This document shows, piece by piece, positions 1-11,863 of a stretch of 64,000 nt of DNA. The position numbers were made by a program, and so were the translations under genes. Position 1 is the first letter of the stretch, and every line of letters begins with the position of its first letter. Origin of the DNA: Escherichia coli (GTDB taxonomy: Bacteria > Pseudomonadota > Gammaproteobacteria > Enterobacterales > Enterobacteriaceae); NCBI RefSeq assembly GCF_050920415.1, contig NZ_CP169309.1. One strand, 5' to 3'. The notes beneath the pieces are model-generated. The model did not search any database, had not been told where the DNA came from, and saw only the letters and a list, made by a program, of their open reading frames with translations.

Positions 1-377
1 GAGAAATCACGGGGCCGTGGCAGTCGCATCCCAAACGGATGTTACGTCATAAAGCCATGATTCAGTGTGCCCGTCTGGCCTTCGGATTTGCTGGTATCTA
101 TGACAAGGATGAAGCCGAGCGCATTGTCGAAAATACCGCATACACTGCAGAACGTCAGCCGGAACGCGACATCACTCCGGTTAACGATGAAACCATGCAG
201 GAGATTAACACTCTGCTGATTGCCCTGGATAAAACATGGGATGACGACTTATTGCCGCTCTGTTCCCAGATATTTCGCCGCGACATTCGCGCATCGTCAG
301 AACTGACACAGGCCGAAGCAGTGAAAGCTCTCGGATTCCTGAAACAGAAAGCCACTGAGCAGAAGGTGGCAGCATGA
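1..377 (+). CDS. bet: Bet-like single-strand annealing recombinase, C-terminal part (5' end lies outside the window)
   Basis: Frame is open from the window edge to the stop at 375-377; ATGA stop/start overlap with the downstream exo gene as in the lambda red operon; C-terminal sequence recognised from memory as lambda Bet-like. Confidence 0.6.
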   Translation, partial: EITGPWQSHPKRMLRHKAMIQCARLAFGFAGIYDKDEAERIVENTAYTAERQPERDITPVNDETMQEINTLLIALDKTWDDDLLPLCSQIFRRDIRASSELTQAEAVKALGFLKQKATEQKVAA

Positions 378-1054
378 CACCGGACATTATCCTGCAGCGT
401 ACCGGGATCGACGTGAGAGCTGTCGAACAGGGGGATGATGCATGGCACAAATTACGGCTCGGCGTCATCACCGCTTCAGAAGTTCACAACGTGATAGCAA
501 AGCCCCGCTCAGGAAAGAAGTGGCCTGACATGAAAATGTCCTACTTCCACACCCTGCTTGCCGAGGTTTGCACCGGTGTGGCTCCGGAAGTTAACGCTAA
601 AGCACTGGCCTGGGGAAAACAGTACGAGAACGACGCCAGAGCCCTGTTTGAGTTTACTTCCGGCGTGAATGTTACTGAATCCCCGATCATCTATCGCGAC
701 GAAAGTATGCGCACCGCCTGCTCTCCCGATGGTTTATGCAGTGACGGCAACGGCCTTGAACTGAAATGCCCGTTTACCTCCCGGGATTTCATGAAATTCC
801 GGCTCGGTGGTTTCGAGGCAATAAAATCGGCTTACATGGCCCAGGTGCAGTACAGCATGTGGGTGACGCGAAAAGATGCCTGGTACTTTGCCAACTATGA
901 CCCACGAATGAAGCGTGAAGGCCTGCATTATGTCGTGATTGAGCAGGATGAAAAGTACATGGCGAGTTTTGACGAGATGGTGCCGGAGTTCATCGAAAAA
1001 ATGGACGAGGCACTGGCTGAAATTGGTTTTGTATTTGGGGAGCAATGGCGATGA
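374..1054 (+). CDS. exo: Lambda-type 5'-3' exonuclease (YqaJ/lambda Exo family), 226 aa
   Basis: 226 aa ORF starting [40 protein letters not shown], recognised as near-identical to phage lambda Exo; position immediately after bet. Confidence 0.85.
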   Translation: MTPDIILQRTGIDVRAVEQGDDAWHKLRLGVITASEVHNVIAKPRSGKKWPDMKMSYFHTLLAEVCTGVAPEVNAKALAWGKQYENDARALFEFTSGVNVTESPIIYRDESMRTACSPDGLCSDGNGLELKCPFTSRDFMKFRLGGFEAIKSAYMAQVQYSMWVTRKDAWYFANYDPRMKREGLHYVVIEQDEKYMASFDEMVPEFIEKMDEALAEIGFVFGEQWR

Positions 1055-1233
1055 AGCATCCTCACGATAATATCCGGGTAGGCGCGATCACTTTCGTCTA
1101 CTCCGTTACAAAGCGAGGCTGGGTATTTCCCGGCCTTTCTGTTACCCGAAATCCCCTGAAAGCACAGCGGCTGGCTGAGGAGATAAATAATAAACGGGGA
1201 GCTGTATGCACAAAGCATCTCCTGTTGAGTTAA
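1045..1233 (+). CDS. Small lambdoid early-left protein (lambda Orf60a-like)
   Basis: 62 aa ORF overlapping the exo stop, same position as orf60a in lambda. Confidence 0.45.
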   Translation: MAMKHPHDNIRVGAITFVYSVTKRGWVFPGLSVTRNPLKAQRLAEEINNKRGAVCTKHLLLS

Positions 1234-1397
1234 GAACGAGCATTGAGATGGCACATAGCCTCGCTCAAATTGGAGTCAGGTTTGTGCCAATACCAGTAGA
1301 AACAGACGAAGAATTTCATACGTTAGCCGCATCCCTTTCACAAAAGCTGGAAATGATGGTGGCGAAAGCAGAAGCAGATGAGAGAGACCAGGTATGA
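1206..1397 (+). CDS. Small lambdoid early-left protein (lambda Orf63-like)
   Basis: 63 aa ORF, same strand, positional equivalent in the lambda b-region. Confidence 0.4.
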   Translation: MHKASPVELRTSIEMAHSLAQIGVRFVPIPVETDEEFHTLAASLSQKLEMMVAKAEADERDQV

Positions 1398-1473
1398 CAA
1401 CCACTGAATGCATTTTTCTGGCAGCGGGCTTCATATTCTGTGTGCTTATGCTTGCCGACATGGGACTTGTTCA

Positions 1474-1689
1474 ATGACACATCAGCAAGAAAACGCCCTT
1501 CGCAGTATTGCCCGTCAGGCTAATTCTGAAATCAAAAAAGCCAGACAGCAGTTCCCGGATAAAAACGTCGATGATATTTGCCGTAGCGTACTGAAGAAGC
1601 ACCGCGAAACGGTAACGCTGATGGGATTCACACCGACTCATTTAAGCCTGGCGATCGGCATGTTAAACGGCGTCTTTAAGGAACGGTGA
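1474..1689 (+). CDS. Small lambdoid early-left protein (lambda Orf61-like)
   Basis: ORF 1408-1689; start placed at the internal Met (MTHQQENALRS...) by analogy with lambda. Confidence 0.4.
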   Translation: MTHQQENALRSIARQANSEIKKARQQFPDKNVDDICRSVLKKHRETVTLMGFTPTHLSLAIGMLNGVFKER

Positions 1690-1787
1690 GCATGAAAAAC
1701 AAAATCATCATGGAGCTACAGGCTCCTTTTTTATTATTCGCATTCACCCTCAAGCGTATTAACCAACAATTCAGGGATTAATGAAAG

Positions 1788-2006
1788 ATGGCAGACATCA
1801 TTGATTCAGCATCAGGAATTGAAGAATTACAGCGCAACACAGCAATAAAAATGCGCCGCCTGAACCACCAGGCTATATCTGCCACTCATTGTTGTGAGTG
1901 TGGCGATCCGATAGATGAACGAAGACGCCTGGCCGTTCAGGGTTGTCGGACTTGTGCAAGTTGCCAGGAGGAGATCGAACTTAAGAACAAACAATGGGGA
2001 CTGTGA
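1788..2006 (+). CDS. TraR/DksA-family C4 zinc-finger protein, phage-encoded
   Basis: 72 aa with CxxC(17)CxxC pattern (CCECGD...CRTCASC) typical of TraR/DksA-like proteins; good spacing from upstream genes. Confidence 0.6.
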   Translation: MADIIDSASGIEELQRNTAIKMRRLNHQAISATHCCECGDPIDERRRLAVQGCRTCASCQEEIELKNKQWGL

Positions 2007-2053
2007 TGGCCTCAAAGCAGCAAATTTCAACATCGTCCAACTGAGGTGTAAAA

Positions 2054-2332
2054 ATGTTCAGAATCATTTTTCCTAACACCTGGTACGTCGACCACCACGG
2101 CACTCCCTGCAAAATCCTGCGTTCTACCCACAACAAAGTTCACTACATCCGAAAAGGCAGAACATGTATCGCCAGCATGTTCCGCTTTAATCATGACTTT
2201 GAACCTGTGAATAAAGCTGATGCAGATCGGATAGCAGAAGAGATCGAAACGGCAGAACACATTAAGAAGTTACGTGACATGCGTTCAAAAAGCAGAGGTA
2301 ACCATGGAATCATACAGCCTCACACTCGATGA
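2054..2332 (+). CDS. Hypothetical prophage protein
   Basis: 92 aa ORF between the zinc-finger gene and xis; no recognisable motif. Confidence 0.3.
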   Translation: MFRIIFPNTWYVDHHGTPCKILRSTHNKVHYIRKGRTCIASMFRFNHDFEPVNKADADRIAEEIETAEHIKKLRDMRSKSRGNHGIIQPHTR

Positions 2333-2675
2333 GGCCTGTCAGTTTCTTAAGATATCCAGACCAACCGCCACCAACTGGATACGAACAGGCCGCCTACAGG
2401 CAACACGTAAAGATCCAACCAAGCCAAAATCTCCTTACCTCACAACACGGCAAGCCTGCATTGCGGCGCTTCAGTCTCCGCTGCATACTGTCCAGGTGAG
2501 CGCGGGTGATGGCATAACAGAGGAAAGAAAATGTCACTCTTCCGCAGAAATGAAATATGGTATGCCTCGTATTCGCTCCCGGGCGGGAAACGAATTAAGG
2601 AATCTCTTGGCACAAAGGACAAGCGGCAAGCTCAGGAGTTGCACGACAAGCGAAAAGCAGAACTCTGGCGAGTAG
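2304..2675 (+). CDS. xis: Putative excisionase (Xis); 3' end uncertain because the frame stays open into int
   Basis: Start ATG at 2304 preceded by GAGG; N-terminal 60 residues resemble a small DNA-binding excisionase; located directly upstream of and overlapping int as in lambdoid phages. Confidence 0.4.
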   Translation: MESYSLTLDEACQFLKISRPTATNWIRTGRLQATRKDPTKPKSPYLTTRQACIAALQSPLHTVQVSAGDGITEERKCHSSAEMKYGMPRIRSRAGNELRNLLAQRTSGKLRSCTTSEKQNSGE

Positions 2676-3694
2676 AAAAGCTAGGGGATTTACCTGATGT
2701 CACTTTTGAAGAGGCCTGCCTAAGATGGCTTGAGGAAAAAGCTGATAAAAAATCTCTCGATTCAGATAAAAGCCGGATTGAGTTCTGGCTTGAACATTTT
2801 GAGGGTATAAGGCTTAAAGATATCTCGGAGGCAAAGATTTACTCTGCTGTAAGCAGAATGCATAACAGAAAGACGAAAGAAATATGGAAACAGAAAGTTC
2901 AGGCCGCCATCAGGAAAGGTAAAGAACTGCCTGTTTATGAACCAAAGCCAGTATCAACTCAGACAAAGGCAAAGCATCTTGCCATGATAAAGGCCATTCT
3001 CCGTGCTGCAGAACGCGACTGGAAGTGGCTGGAAAAAGCGCCTGTCATCAAGATACCAGCGGTCAGAAACAAGCGAGTCAGATGGCTGGAAAAGGAGGAA
3101 GCAAAACGCCTTATTGATGAGTGCCCCGAACCACTGAAATCTGTCGTCAAGTTTGCGCTGGCAACTGGTCTGAGAAAGTCGAACATCATAAATCTGGAAT
3201 GGCAACAAATCGACATGCAGCGACGAGTTGCCTGGGTGAATCCAGAAGAGAGCAAATCAAACCGCGCCATTGGTGTGGCGCTAAACGATACCGCCTGTAA
3301 AGTGTTGCGTGATCAAATAGGCAAGCATCACAAATGGGTGTTTGTACATACCAAGGCGGCTAAGCGAGCAGATGGAACATCAACGCCTGCGGTCAGGAAG
3401 ATGCGCATCGACAGCAAGACATCATGGCTATCAGCTTGTCGTCGTGCAGGAATTGAAGATTTCCGTTTCCATGACCTCAGACACACCTGGGCAAGCTGGC
3501 TGATTCAGTCAGGCGTCCCATTATCAGTGCTTCAGGAAATGGGCGGATGGGAGTCCATAGAAATGGTTCGTAGGTATGCTCACCTTGCGCCTAATCATTT
3601 GACAGAGCATGCGAGGAAAATAGACGACATTTTTGGTGATAATGTCCCAAATATGTCCCACTCTGGAATTATGGAGGATATAAAGAAGGCGTAA
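2531..3694 (+). CDS. intD: Tyrosine site-specific integrase of an argU-integrating lambdoid prophage (DLP12 IntD type), 387 aa
   Basis: 387 aa; C-terminal catalytic region with [10 protein letters not shown] and RRYAHL motifs; ends 15 bp from the 3' end of tRNA-Arg. Confidence 0.9.
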   Translation: MSLFRRNEIWYASYSLPGGKRIKESLGTKDKRQAQELHDKRKAELWRVEKLGDLPDVTFEEACLRWLEEKADKKSLDSDKSRIEFWLEHFEGIRLKDISEAKIYSAVSRMHNRKTKEIWKQKVQAAIRKGKELPVYEPKPVSTQTKAKHLAMIKAILRAAERDWKWLEKAPVIKIPAVRNKRVRWLEKEEAKRLIDECPEPLKSVVKFALATGLRKSNIINLEWQQIDMQRRVAWVNPEESKSNRAIGVALNDTACKVLRDQIGKHHKWVFVHTKAAKRADGTSTPAVRKMRIDSKTSWLSACRRAGIEDFRFHDLRHTWASWLIQSGVPLSVLQEMGGWESIEMVRRYAHLAPNHLTEHARKIDDIFGDNVPNMSHSGIMEDIKKA

Positions 3695-3709
3695 CTGATT
3701 GAATTGTAA

Positions 3710-3786
3710 TGGCGCGCCCTGCAGGATTCGAACCTGCGGCCCACGACTTAGAAGGTCGTTGCTCTATCCAACTGAGCTAAGGGCGC
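3710..3786 (-). tRNA. argU: tRNA-Arg (anticodon UCU)
   Basis: 77 nt cloverleaf read on the minus strand: GCGCCCTTAGCTCAGTTGGATAGAGCAACGACCTTCTAAGTCGTGGGCCGCAGGTTCGAATCCTGCAGGGCGCGCCA; anticodon loop CT-TCT-AA; 3' CCA encoded. Confidence 0.9.
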
Positions 3787-4028
3787 GTTGATACCGCAAT
3801 GCAGTGTAATCGCGTGAATTATACGGTCAACCCTTGCTGAGTCAATGGCTTTTGATCTGGTTGCTGAACAAGTGAACGACCACGTCTGATTTTCTGATTT
3901 ATTTCGCTATAGCGGCAAACAAACGCACCCCGCTGCGCATCTGAATCAAGAAAACCCGTATTTTCATGTATCAAAGTACAATTTCCAGCCCTAACGGAAA
4001 ATTGTCCTACCCTGTGAGACTGGTAACT

Positions 4029-4661
4029 ATGAAACCAACGTCGGTGATCATTATGGATACCCATCCTATCATCAGAATGTCCATTGAAGTTCTGTTGCAA
4101 AAAAACAGTGAATTGCAGATTGTCCTGAAAACGGATGATTACCGCATAACCATCGATTATCTCCGAACCCGTCCTGTTGATTTAATCATTATGGATATAG
4201 ACTTGCCCGGTACAGACGGTTTTACCTTCCTGAAAAGAATCAAACAAATCCAGAGTACGGTGAAGGTATTATTTTTATCATCAAAATCAGAATGCTTTTA
4301 TGCGGGCAGAGCGATACAAGCGGGTGCTAACGGTTTTGTCAGTAAATGCAATGATCAGAATGATATTTTTCATGCCGTCCAGATGATTCTCTCTGGATAC
4401 ACTTTTTTTCCCAGTGAAACGCTCAACTATATAAAAAGTAATAAATGCAGCACCAATAATTCAACAGCTACGGTGCTATCTAATCGTGAAGTGACTATAT
4501 TACGCTATCTGGTTAGCGGATTATCTAATAAAGAAATTGCCGACAAACTATTACTTAGCAATAAAACAATTAGTGCGCATAAATCTAATATTTATGGCAA
4601 ACTCGGTTTGCATTCAATTGTAGAACTTATCGACTACGCCAAATTATATGAATTAATATAA
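4029..4661 (+). CDS. fimZ: LuxR-family response regulator FimZ (receiver domain plus C-terminal HTH), 210 aa
   Basis: ORF 3966-4661; start taken at MKPTSVIIMD; receiver motif DLIIMDIDLPGTDG and LuxR HTH (EIADKLLLSNKTISAHKSNIYGKLG). Confidence 0.9.
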   Translation: MKPTSVIIMDTHPIIRMSIEVLLQKNSELQIVLKTDDYRITIDYLRTRPVDLIIMDIDLPGTDGFTFLKRIKQIQSTVKVLFLSSKSECFYAGRAIQAGANGFVSKCNDQNDIFHAVQMILSGYTFFPSETLNYIKSNKCSTNNSTATVLSNREVTILRYLVSGLSNKEIADKLLLSNKTISAHKSNIYGKLGLHSIVELIDYAKLYELI

Positions 4662-4663
4662 TA

Positions 4664-5179
4664 TTAATTATAATTGATCATAAATATCGCATCCGCTTTC
4701 GCCACACCTGGTTGGACACCGCTGGCTAACGCTCGATAATTGGCAAAAAAGTTTAGCGTTACATTGCCATTTGCATCTACCTCCTCAGTCGGGCTCGCCT
4801 CGCCCAGCGCAAGCCGGGAGCGATCGCTCTTGCGTAATTCGATGGCGACGGTTTGTGCCATTGCGGGATCGTCCAGGGCCAGCAGGTTGGCATCGGATGC
4901 CGGCGTTCCCGTAAATAAAATCGCGACTGATCCCGGAGGACATCCTTCCAGGCGCAGACTAAAAGGAACAGGTGCCGTGGTATCGCCAGCGGTCAGTAGT
5001 TGTGTCGTAGGCCATCTGCCTAAATCTACCGTCTTATCAACATCCGCTGTGTTTACGGTACAGGAGAAATCAACAACGTTACCGTGCAAATTGATATTAA
5101 TCGTTCCTAAAGGGTCAGCTGCCCATCCACTGGAACTCCACAGTAGCCCGCAGAAACAGCTAAAGATTACTCTTCTCAT
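4664..5179 (-). CDS. sfmF: Minor fimbrial subunit, 171 aa
   Basis: ORF 4664-5374; start at MRRVIFSCF signal peptide; fimbrial subunit fold; last gene of the sfm operon. Confidence 0.85.
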   Translation of the reverse strand: MRRVIFSCFCGLLWSSSGWAADPLGTININLHGNVVDFSCTVNTADVDKTVDLGRWPTTQLLTAGDTTAPVPFSLRLEGCPPGSVAILFTGTPASDANLLALDDPAMAQTVAIELRKSDRSRLALGEASPTEEVDANGNVTLNFFANYRALASGVQPGVAKADAIFMINYN

Positions 5180-5189
5180 TCTCCGTACC

Positions 5190-6197
5190 TCATTGATAAT
5201 CGACGCGTAAATACCCCAGCGCGCTAAACGGCCCTTCGGTCGGTTTTTGACCGGTAATACTGATAGGCCAGGCGCGAAGTGTGACATTGGCTGCCGCAGC
5301 TGCATCCAGACGGAAAGGAATAACGCTATTGAGATCGTTAGGCGTGATCGGCGTATCGTTCTGATCGGCGACAATAAAACCTAAATCCTGATTGTCCGAC
5401 ACCATCGCCTGACCAGAAACGGCACTGGCTTCCAGACGCATTGTTAAATAAGCCTGCGCAGCAACATTCGTACATTTGATCGCAATATTCTTGGTTTGTG
5501 GCATGACACCATTAGGTCGATTCCCCGGCCCTGCCGCACTAAATAACGATGCACCGATATCACCAAAATCAAATTCAACAATTTGCCCGGCATTTAATTC
5601 GCAGTTTTGCGGTACTTCAACCCGGCCACCAAAACTAATGGTATAAACAGGTGTAACCAACGGATCGTAAGGCGTTGATGTCACATACACGGTAAACATC
5701 ACCTGTCTGGGGATCTCCACCATGTTAATAAAAGGACGAATAACCTTTAAACGAAATATCAAACGAGAATCCATCACCCCGAACGGAAGGTTTTGCGAAA
5801 CGTTAGGATCTGTTCCCATACGGATATAATTTTGCGGGGGAAACTGAATATCCATCACGCTATCAACCAGACTCATCGCACCTAATAGATAATCATTTAA
5901 TTGCATATATTTATAATTATCGATAGTTTCCTGAACAACAAAGTTGGTGACATAACTACGGTATGTATAATTCACCAGCGTACCGGGTGGGCAAATTGCT
6001 GACACACCTACCCAGCCGGATTTTTCCGGTAAAACAACAATCTGACCTGGCTGGTTATTGGTGCTATTAAAGACATTTGAGAGATCATAGTGTTCATCTT
6101 CTGCTACGCCAGTACTATTTGCACAAACAGTAGCCCACGATATGTTCGTTAACCACAAACATGCCATTGCCAATAATGACCTGCAGATTATCTTCAT
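5190..6197 (-). CDS. sfmH: Fimbrial tip adhesin-like subunit
   Basis: 335 aa with signal peptide; position between usher and sfmF. Confidence 0.8.
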   Translation of the reverse strand: MKIICRSLLAMACLWLTNISWATVCANSTGVAEDEHYDLSNVFNSTNNQPGQIVVLPEKSGWVGVSAICPPGTLVNYTYRSYVTNFVVQETIDNYKYMQLNDYLLGAMSLVDSVMDIQFPPQNYIRMGTDPNVSQNLPFGVMDSRLIFRLKVIRPFINMVEIPRQVMFTVYVTSTPYDPLVTPVYTISFGGRVEVPQNCELNAGQIVEFDFGDIGASLFSAAGPGNRPNGVMPQTKNIAIKCTNVAAQAYLTMRLEASAVSGQAMVSDNQDLGFIVADQNDTPITPNDLNSVIPFRLDAAAAANVTLRAWPISITGQKPTEGPFSALGYLRVDYQ

Positions 6198-6209
6198 TGA
6201 TAATTTCCT

Positions 6210-8819
6210 TTATGAGCCAGGATGTGTGCAAACTGCCGAAATAACAGTGACGGCTTGCTGTAAGCTTTGCTTCGGCAATACATAGTGCGCAATGCAGCGT
6301 GAGTTCGCGCCGTCTCCCCACTGAACCAGTAATTCACCAGACAATGGCGCACCACTTAAATAAACTTGCCCGTCATCACCCACCATACTGGTTATTCCGG
6401 TACTGTTTTCCCGTACCAGTGATCCAAACGGCACCGGTTTTCCGCCCTGGGTAACGGTAATGAGCGCCCGCACGCCTATGCGGGTATCAAAATTGGCACG
6501 AACCAACGCGCCTTGCGTCGGCACAACGCTGCTAATATTTTTTTCAACATCGATGGAATTCCCCATCGTATTGGTATCAAGCGCGATACGGTTATACCGA
6601 TAAACCGTGGCATACGGCATCACCGCATAGCCGCGCCAGTCGGTTAAAATTCCAGTTTGATTTTCAATGCGTACACCGCCTGCGCCAGGCGCTTTAATCA
6701 AAACATTGGTATCCCCTAAAGGCTGGCTCAGCGTTATACCATTTTCATGCCCGACCACACCGCCAGACAGCTGCCAGTTAACGTCATGTTGATCGCGGTC
6801 GTAGTTATACCCGACCCCCAGCGTACCGTAAGCGGCCTGCCAGTTTGCCGTGGCGCTGCCCGTGTACCCATTATTCGAGGTATCGCCCTGGCTTACGTGA
6901 TAACTCAGGTTGTGGCCTTCCAGTAAGGTCCCACCAACGCCTGCCAGCCAGCTATTTTGCCCGTTGCTGTTACGGTTGGCGTTAAAGGAGGCATAAGCGC
7001 GATCGAGCGCATTTTCCCGGGTGTAGCGACGTTTGGTCAGAACATTGAAAGGCACTGAAACATTAAGTCCGACAATACGTTCGTTATCGGGGATCCCTAC
7101 AGATTCATTCCACGAAAATGAGAGTGAATAACTGATGCCAACCCAGCTGCTGGTATACCCCACCTGATACCAGGTATCTGAATCCGAAGTATTCCAGTAT
7201 TTTTGATGGGTACCAGAAATATAAAGCGAGCCAAAGTCATTAAGTGATTGTGAAATATTTAACTGCAAACGGTCTTTACGACTAAAGCGTAAATTGTGGT
7301 AATTCACGATTATCGGTTCATCGCGATGCTCACCGTCATAATCGTAATCATATTCGTACCCCTCCATTCGACGATACGCAACATCATCAAGGGTATAAAA
7401 ACCTTGTGTCGAATAGCGGTAACCCATTAACTGAAAATTGGTGCCGAAAGTGTTCATTGATTTCGCATAGAGGAAGCGAATGGAATCCCCCTCATGACGA
7501 CTGTCGTCGGCTAACTGACTGCGCGCATGCGTTACATCCAGCGACACTGCGCCCCAGTTCCCGAGGTTGCGCCCCAGCCCTAACAAAAAGGCGGTGTAAT
7601 TTGCAGATAATTGCGTCCCGCCGTAGGCAGTAAATTCCTGTGGTAAACCGCCGAGTGCCGTGCCCTGAAAAAAGAAAGGCGACGATTGCTGACTATTACC
7701 GCTACGAAAATCGCCCGCCGTCAGGTCAAATTTGAAACGCCCTTCGCGTTGTAAAATTGGCACTGTTGAATACGGAATAGTGTAATTCTGCTGATTACCA
7801 TCGCGTTCGTCGATGGTGACGTCCAGATCGCCATTTGAAGATGTCGGGTGCAAATCTGTAATTTCGAAAGCGCCGGGGGAAACATAGCTTTGATAGATAA
7901 TAAAACCATTTTGCCGAATCGTTAGCTGGGCCGCCGTACGGGCAATCCCACGTACCGTTGGGGCAAACCCTTGCTGGCTATCTGGATACATATTATCAGA
8001 AGAATAAAGCCGTACACCTCGAAATCCGACGCCATCGAAAATATCACTCCCTGTATTACCGTCTCCCATTACCAGTTCACTTTTCAGCGGAATAATGGCG
8101 CGCTGTACCCAGGTGCCAATATTATTCCACTGTTCTGAATGATATCCATTTCCGCGAAAATAGTTCCAGGAACCATTGTTGCGTAAACGCCACGGGCCAA
8201 TATTAATCCCACTAAGTTCACTAAAAAAATAGCTATCGTTACCATTACCTCTGTTACCGGTGAAATTATAATTCAGGAGTAAAGCAGGAATACCTTCATC
8301 CCACTCTTCAGGCGGAATGTAACCGTGAGCGCTACTCAACAACGCTATCTGAGGAATAGTGATGTTCAGGCGCATCGCTGCAAAATCAAAGTTAATTGTG
8401 GCATCAGGTACAGCTTTCAGTAAATTAATGCATTTATTATTTTGCTGCTGGGCTAACTCGGGGAATGCACTGCTATTAAGGCCAATTCGTTCAAGGAGTG
8501 CCTGGTTAAAACAAGGCATTAACCCACCTGATTTATCACCTGTATTTACTGTCGTCGATTCAAATACGATATCCTGTGAACCAATGAACTCATCATTACG
8601 CCAGAGATCCACCCGATACACACCCGCAGGTTGATGATTACCTCTCTCAAAGCGCGATAAATCAGCAACGGATGTGCCATTCTCTAATAAAAATGCCGGG
8701 TTGAAATAACTTTCCGCATAACTTAAAAAGGAGGGTAAAATGGCAAGAGATGAATAACAAATTCCGGCCAGACACCAGGTATACCTCTGCGGAATATCCG
8801 TAGTAGTGGGTATTTTCAT
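6210..8819 (-). CDS. sfmD: Outer-membrane fimbrial usher
   Basis: 869 aa; usher size and sequence character (FimD-like); operon position. Confidence 0.9.
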   Translation of the reverse strand: MKIPTTTDIPQRYTWCLAGICYSSLAILPSFLSYAESYFNPAFLLENGTSVADLSRFERGNHQPAGVYRVDLWRNDEFIGSQDIVFESTTVNTGDKSGGLMPCFNQALLERIGLNSSAFPELAQQQNNKCINLLKAVPDATINFDFAAMRLNITIPQIALLSSAHGYIPPEEWDEGIPALLLNYNFTGNRGNGNDSYFFSELSGINIGPWRLRNNGSWNYFRGNGYHSEQWNNIGTWVQRAIIPLKSELVMGDGNTGSDIFDGVGFRGVRLYSSDNMYPDSQQGFAPTVRGIARTAAQLTIRQNGFIIYQSYVSPGAFEITDLHPTSSNGDLDVTIDERDGNQQNYTIPYSTVPILQREGRFKFDLTAGDFRSGNSQQSSPFFFQGTALGGLPQEFTAYGGTQLSANYTAFLLGLGRNLGNWGAVSLDVTHARSQLADDSRHEGDSIRFLYAKSMNTFGTNFQLMGYRYSTQGFYTLDDVAYRRMEGYEYDYDYDGEHRDEPIIVNYHNLRFSRKDRLQLNISQSLNDFGSLYISGTHQKYWNTSDSDTWYQVGYTSSWVGISYSLSFSWNESVGIPDNERIVGLNVSVPFNVLTKRRYTRENALDRAYASFNANRNSNGQNSWLAGVGGTLLEGHNLSYHVSQGDTSNNGYTGSATANWQAAYGTLGVGYNYDRDQHDVNWQLSGGVVGHENGITLSQPLGDTNVLIKAPGAGGVRIENQTGILTDWRGYAVMPYATVYRYNRIALDTNTMGNSIDVEKNISSVVPTQGALVRANFDTRIGVRALITVTQGGKPVPFGSLVRENSTGITSMVGDDGQVYLSGAPLSGELLVQWGDGANSRCIAHYVLPKQSLQQAVTVISAVCTHPGS

Positions 8820-8849
8820 AATTAGCTCTGATATTGTCAGATGATTCGG

Positions 8850-9542
8850 TTAGTTTAAGTTCACTTCTCTGACCGGAGTTACTGAACCATAATCATTAAC
8901 GGTCTGAAATTTCAGTTTTCCCCGCACTCCTGAGGGTAAGGGAATTTGTGAATTAACTCTGGGTGCAGCCATAGCATTCCCCAACTTTTGGCTGCCCACT
9001 TGCAGGTTAACCAGGGTGACATAAAAAGGTGATGGATTATGAACATTGATATAGTTACCGGATCGCGAAAACTTGAGTGTGTCCGGCGCTTCTGCGGGTA
9101 ATTCTTGTAGCTGAATTGGACGGAGAAATAACTTCATGCGCGATAAAATCGCCAGTTGCAAAACATTCCTGCCGTTCAATGCATTTTTATCTACCGAAGG
9201 GATCGTCTTAACATTCATCCAGAACAAAGACTCACGATCTGCCGCCAGCGGTGGACCGGTGTAAATAATACGCAAGGTATTTTCGCTTTTGGGTTCACTA
9301 ACAAACAGTGGCGGTGTAATGATGAATGACTTTTCTTTTACACCGCTACTGTTTTCAATCCACGAATTGACCAGAAAGCGCTCATTGGTATGGCTATTTC
9401 TAATCCATACCGCAGTCTGTTTAGCATCAGCGGGATAAATAATACGCGTGGCACCTAATGCGATCCCTCCGGCAGCATGGGCGCTGGCCGAAATGATTAA
9501 ATAAAATATAATGGGCATCAATAACTTTATTTTAGTCATCAT
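8850..9542 (-). CDS. sfmC: Periplasmic fimbrial chaperone
   Basis: 230 aa with signal peptide; PapD/FimC-like. Confidence 0.9.
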   Translation of the reverse strand: MMTKIKLLMPIIFYLIISASAHAAGGIALGATRIIYPADAKQTAVWIRNSHTNERFLVNSWIENSSGVKEKSFIITPPLFVSEPKSENTLRIIYTGPPLAADRESLFWMNVKTIPSVDKNALNGRNVLQLAILSRMKLFLRPIQLQELPAEAPDTLKFSRSGNYINVHNPSPFYVTLVNLQVGSQKLGNAMAAPRVNSQIPLPSGVRGKLKFQTVNDYGSVTPVREVNLN

Positions 9543-9761
9543 AGTTAATACGCCTTGTGTATTCCTGACGGCAAAAATAAGGAGTATAAAGAAATGATTG
9601 CTTTGGTTTATTACAACACATCATTCCCTTTTCATTTAATAAAGCGGCATGATACAAAGTGAGCGTGATTTCGATTTACATTGCCACCATACCGCTTCAG
9701 ACAACCGGTACATTACTTTGTTATAAGACGTGATATATAATTCAAAACTACGTAGTTTTGA

Positions 9762-10304
9762 TTATTCGTATCTCATAATAAAAGTCGCGTCAGCATTTGC
9801 TTGCCCTGCTGATGCACTTGTACCGGTGCCTTTATAACGCGCAGAAAAATGAAGAACGTTGGTCCCGGGGATCAAGTTCTGGTTGGTTGAGAAGCTATTC
9901 CCATCAGGTTTGAGAATTGCGGATGTATTATCAAGTATTTCAATACCGACACCCGTTGCTGTTGTTGTATTGGTACTGGATGCAATGGCCAATAAATTAT
10001 CATTGATTGCATCCGCCTGACCAGAAAATGCAACGGCAGCATTAGCGGCAACAACAGGATCGCAGTCGTTCAACTGTATAGTGAATGGAATTAATGCAGA
10101 GGTATTACCAACAGCATTGAAAATATCGGTACGATATTGACCGAGTGTGACAACCTGGTCTGCCGAGTCAGTATTCACTGAACAGGCAGCATTCACCAGT
10201 TCGCCTTCAAAGTGAATTGTACCGCCATCTACAACGGCAGCATAACTACCCGTAGCGGCGAATAGTGCGGCAGCCAGCGCAGACGAAATAAATCTTAATT
10301 TCAT
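9762..10304 (-). CDS. sfmA: Major type 1-like fimbrial subunit, 180 aa
   Basis: ORF 9762-10337; start at [22 protein letters not shown] signal peptide; FimA-like. Confidence 0.85.
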   Translation of the reverse strand: MKLRFISSALAAALFAATGSYAAVVDGGTIHFEGELVNAACSVNTDSADQVVTLGQYRTDIFNAVGNTSALIPFTIQLNDCDPVVAANAAVAFSGQADAINDNLLAIASSTNTTTATGVGIEILDNTSAILKPDGNSFSTNQNLIPGTNVLHFSARYKGTGTSASAGQANADATFIMRYE

Positions 10305-10775
10305 ATATATTCCTTCAATCTCATTTATCGACTCCACATCCGTATATAACCGATTACTTTATTTAAGACACTGATAGTAGTAAAATTCCTTTTTATCCTC
10401 TAAGAATGTCTTAATTGAAAATATGCACTCTATTCTAAAAAATAGAGAGCCCCGTTAGATGAATATTTCCGCGCAAAATATATTCAACACAAATATAGAC
10501 CTGAAGCGGTAAATTACCAGGCTGAAAATTCTTTTTATATTGTCAGGTATTTCTTAAATTATCTTAATCCTTAGACAAGGAAATAAATCAGTTCCAGATT
10601 TACAACGTCATCATGGACGAAAAATGAAGCTTTCAATCTCAGCGACGGTGCGCCTCACCTTCGCAAGAGGTCGCTTCACGCGATAAATCTGAAACGAAAC
10701 CTGACAGCGCGCCCCGCTTCTGACAAAATAGGCGCATCCCCTTCGACCTACGTAACAGATGGAATCCTCTCTCTG

Positions 10776-11642
10776 ATGGCAGCAAAGATTATTGACGGTA
10801 AAACGATTGCGCAGCAGGTGCGCTCTGAAGTTGCTCAAAAAGTTCAGGCACGTATTGCAGCTGGACTGCGGGCACCAGGACTGGCCGTAGTACTGGTGGG
10901 TAGCAACCCTGCATCGCAAATTTATGTCGCAAGCAAACGCAAAGCTTGTGAAGAAGTCGGGTTCGTCTCCCGTTCTTATGACCTCCCGGAAACCACCAGC
11001 GAAGCGGAGCTGCTGGAGCTTATCGATGCGCTGAATGCCGACAACACCATTGATGGCATTCTGGTCCAACTGCCGTTACCGGCGGGTATTGATAACGTCA
11101 AAGTGCTGGAACGAATTCACCCGGACAAAGACGTTGACGGTTTCCATCCTTATAACGTCGGTCGTCTATGCCAGCGCGCGCCGCGTCTACGTCCTTGCAC
11201 CCCGCGTGGTATCGTCACACTGCTTGAGCGATACAACATTGATACCTTCGGTCTTAACGCCGTGGTGATTGGCGCATCGAATATCGTCGGTCGCCCAATG
11301 AGCATGGAACTGCTGCTCGCAGGTTGCACCACCACCGTGACTCACCGCTTCACTAAAAATCTGCGTCATCACGTAGAAAATGCCGATCTACTGATCGTTG
11401 CCGTCGGTAAACCGGGCTTTATTCCTGGTGACTGGATCAAAGAAGGCGCGATTGTGATTGATGTTGGCATCAACCGTCTGGAAAATGGCAAAGTTGTGGG
11501 CGACGTGGTGTTTGAAGACGCGGCTAAACGCGCCTCATACATTACGCCTGTTCCGGGCGGCGTTGGCCCGATGACGGTTGCCACGCTGATCGAAAACACG
11601 CTACAGGCGTGCGTTGAATATCATGATCCACAGGGTGAGTAA
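10776..11642 (+). CDS. folD: Bifunctional methylenetetrahydrofolate dehydrogenase / methenyltetrahydrofolate cyclohydrolase
   Basis: 288 aa, recognised FolD sequence. Confidence 0.95.
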
Positions 11643-11643
11643 C

Positions 11644-11856
11644 ATGGCGACATTTTCTTTAGGTAAACATCCGCACGTTGAGCTGTGCGACTTGCTGAAA
11701 CTGGAAGGCTGGAGCGAAAGCGGTGCGCAGGCGAAAATCGCGATTGCCGAAGGCCAGGTGAAAGTCGACGGCGCGGTTGAAACGCGCAAACGCTGCAAAA
11801 TCGTCGCCGGTCAGACAGTGAGTTTTGCAGGTCACAGCGTACAGGTTGTTGCCTGA
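11644..11856 (+). CDS. ybcJ: S4-domain small RNA-binding protein, 70 aa
   Basis: ORF 11614-11856; start at MATFSLGKHPHVELCDLLK; followed by a terminator hairpin. Confidence 0.8.
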   Translation: MATFSLGKHPHVELCDLLKLEGWSESGAQAKIAIAEGQVKVDGAVETRKRCKIVAGQTVSFAGHSVQVVA

Positions 11857-11863
11857 TCCCTTT

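Noticed and set aside
2274-2675. A 133 aa xis reading frame extending 145 bp into int
   Set aside because: Only the N-terminal 60 residues or so look like an excisionase. The extended open frame is probably coincidental overlap with int, so I report xis from 2304 with low confidence.
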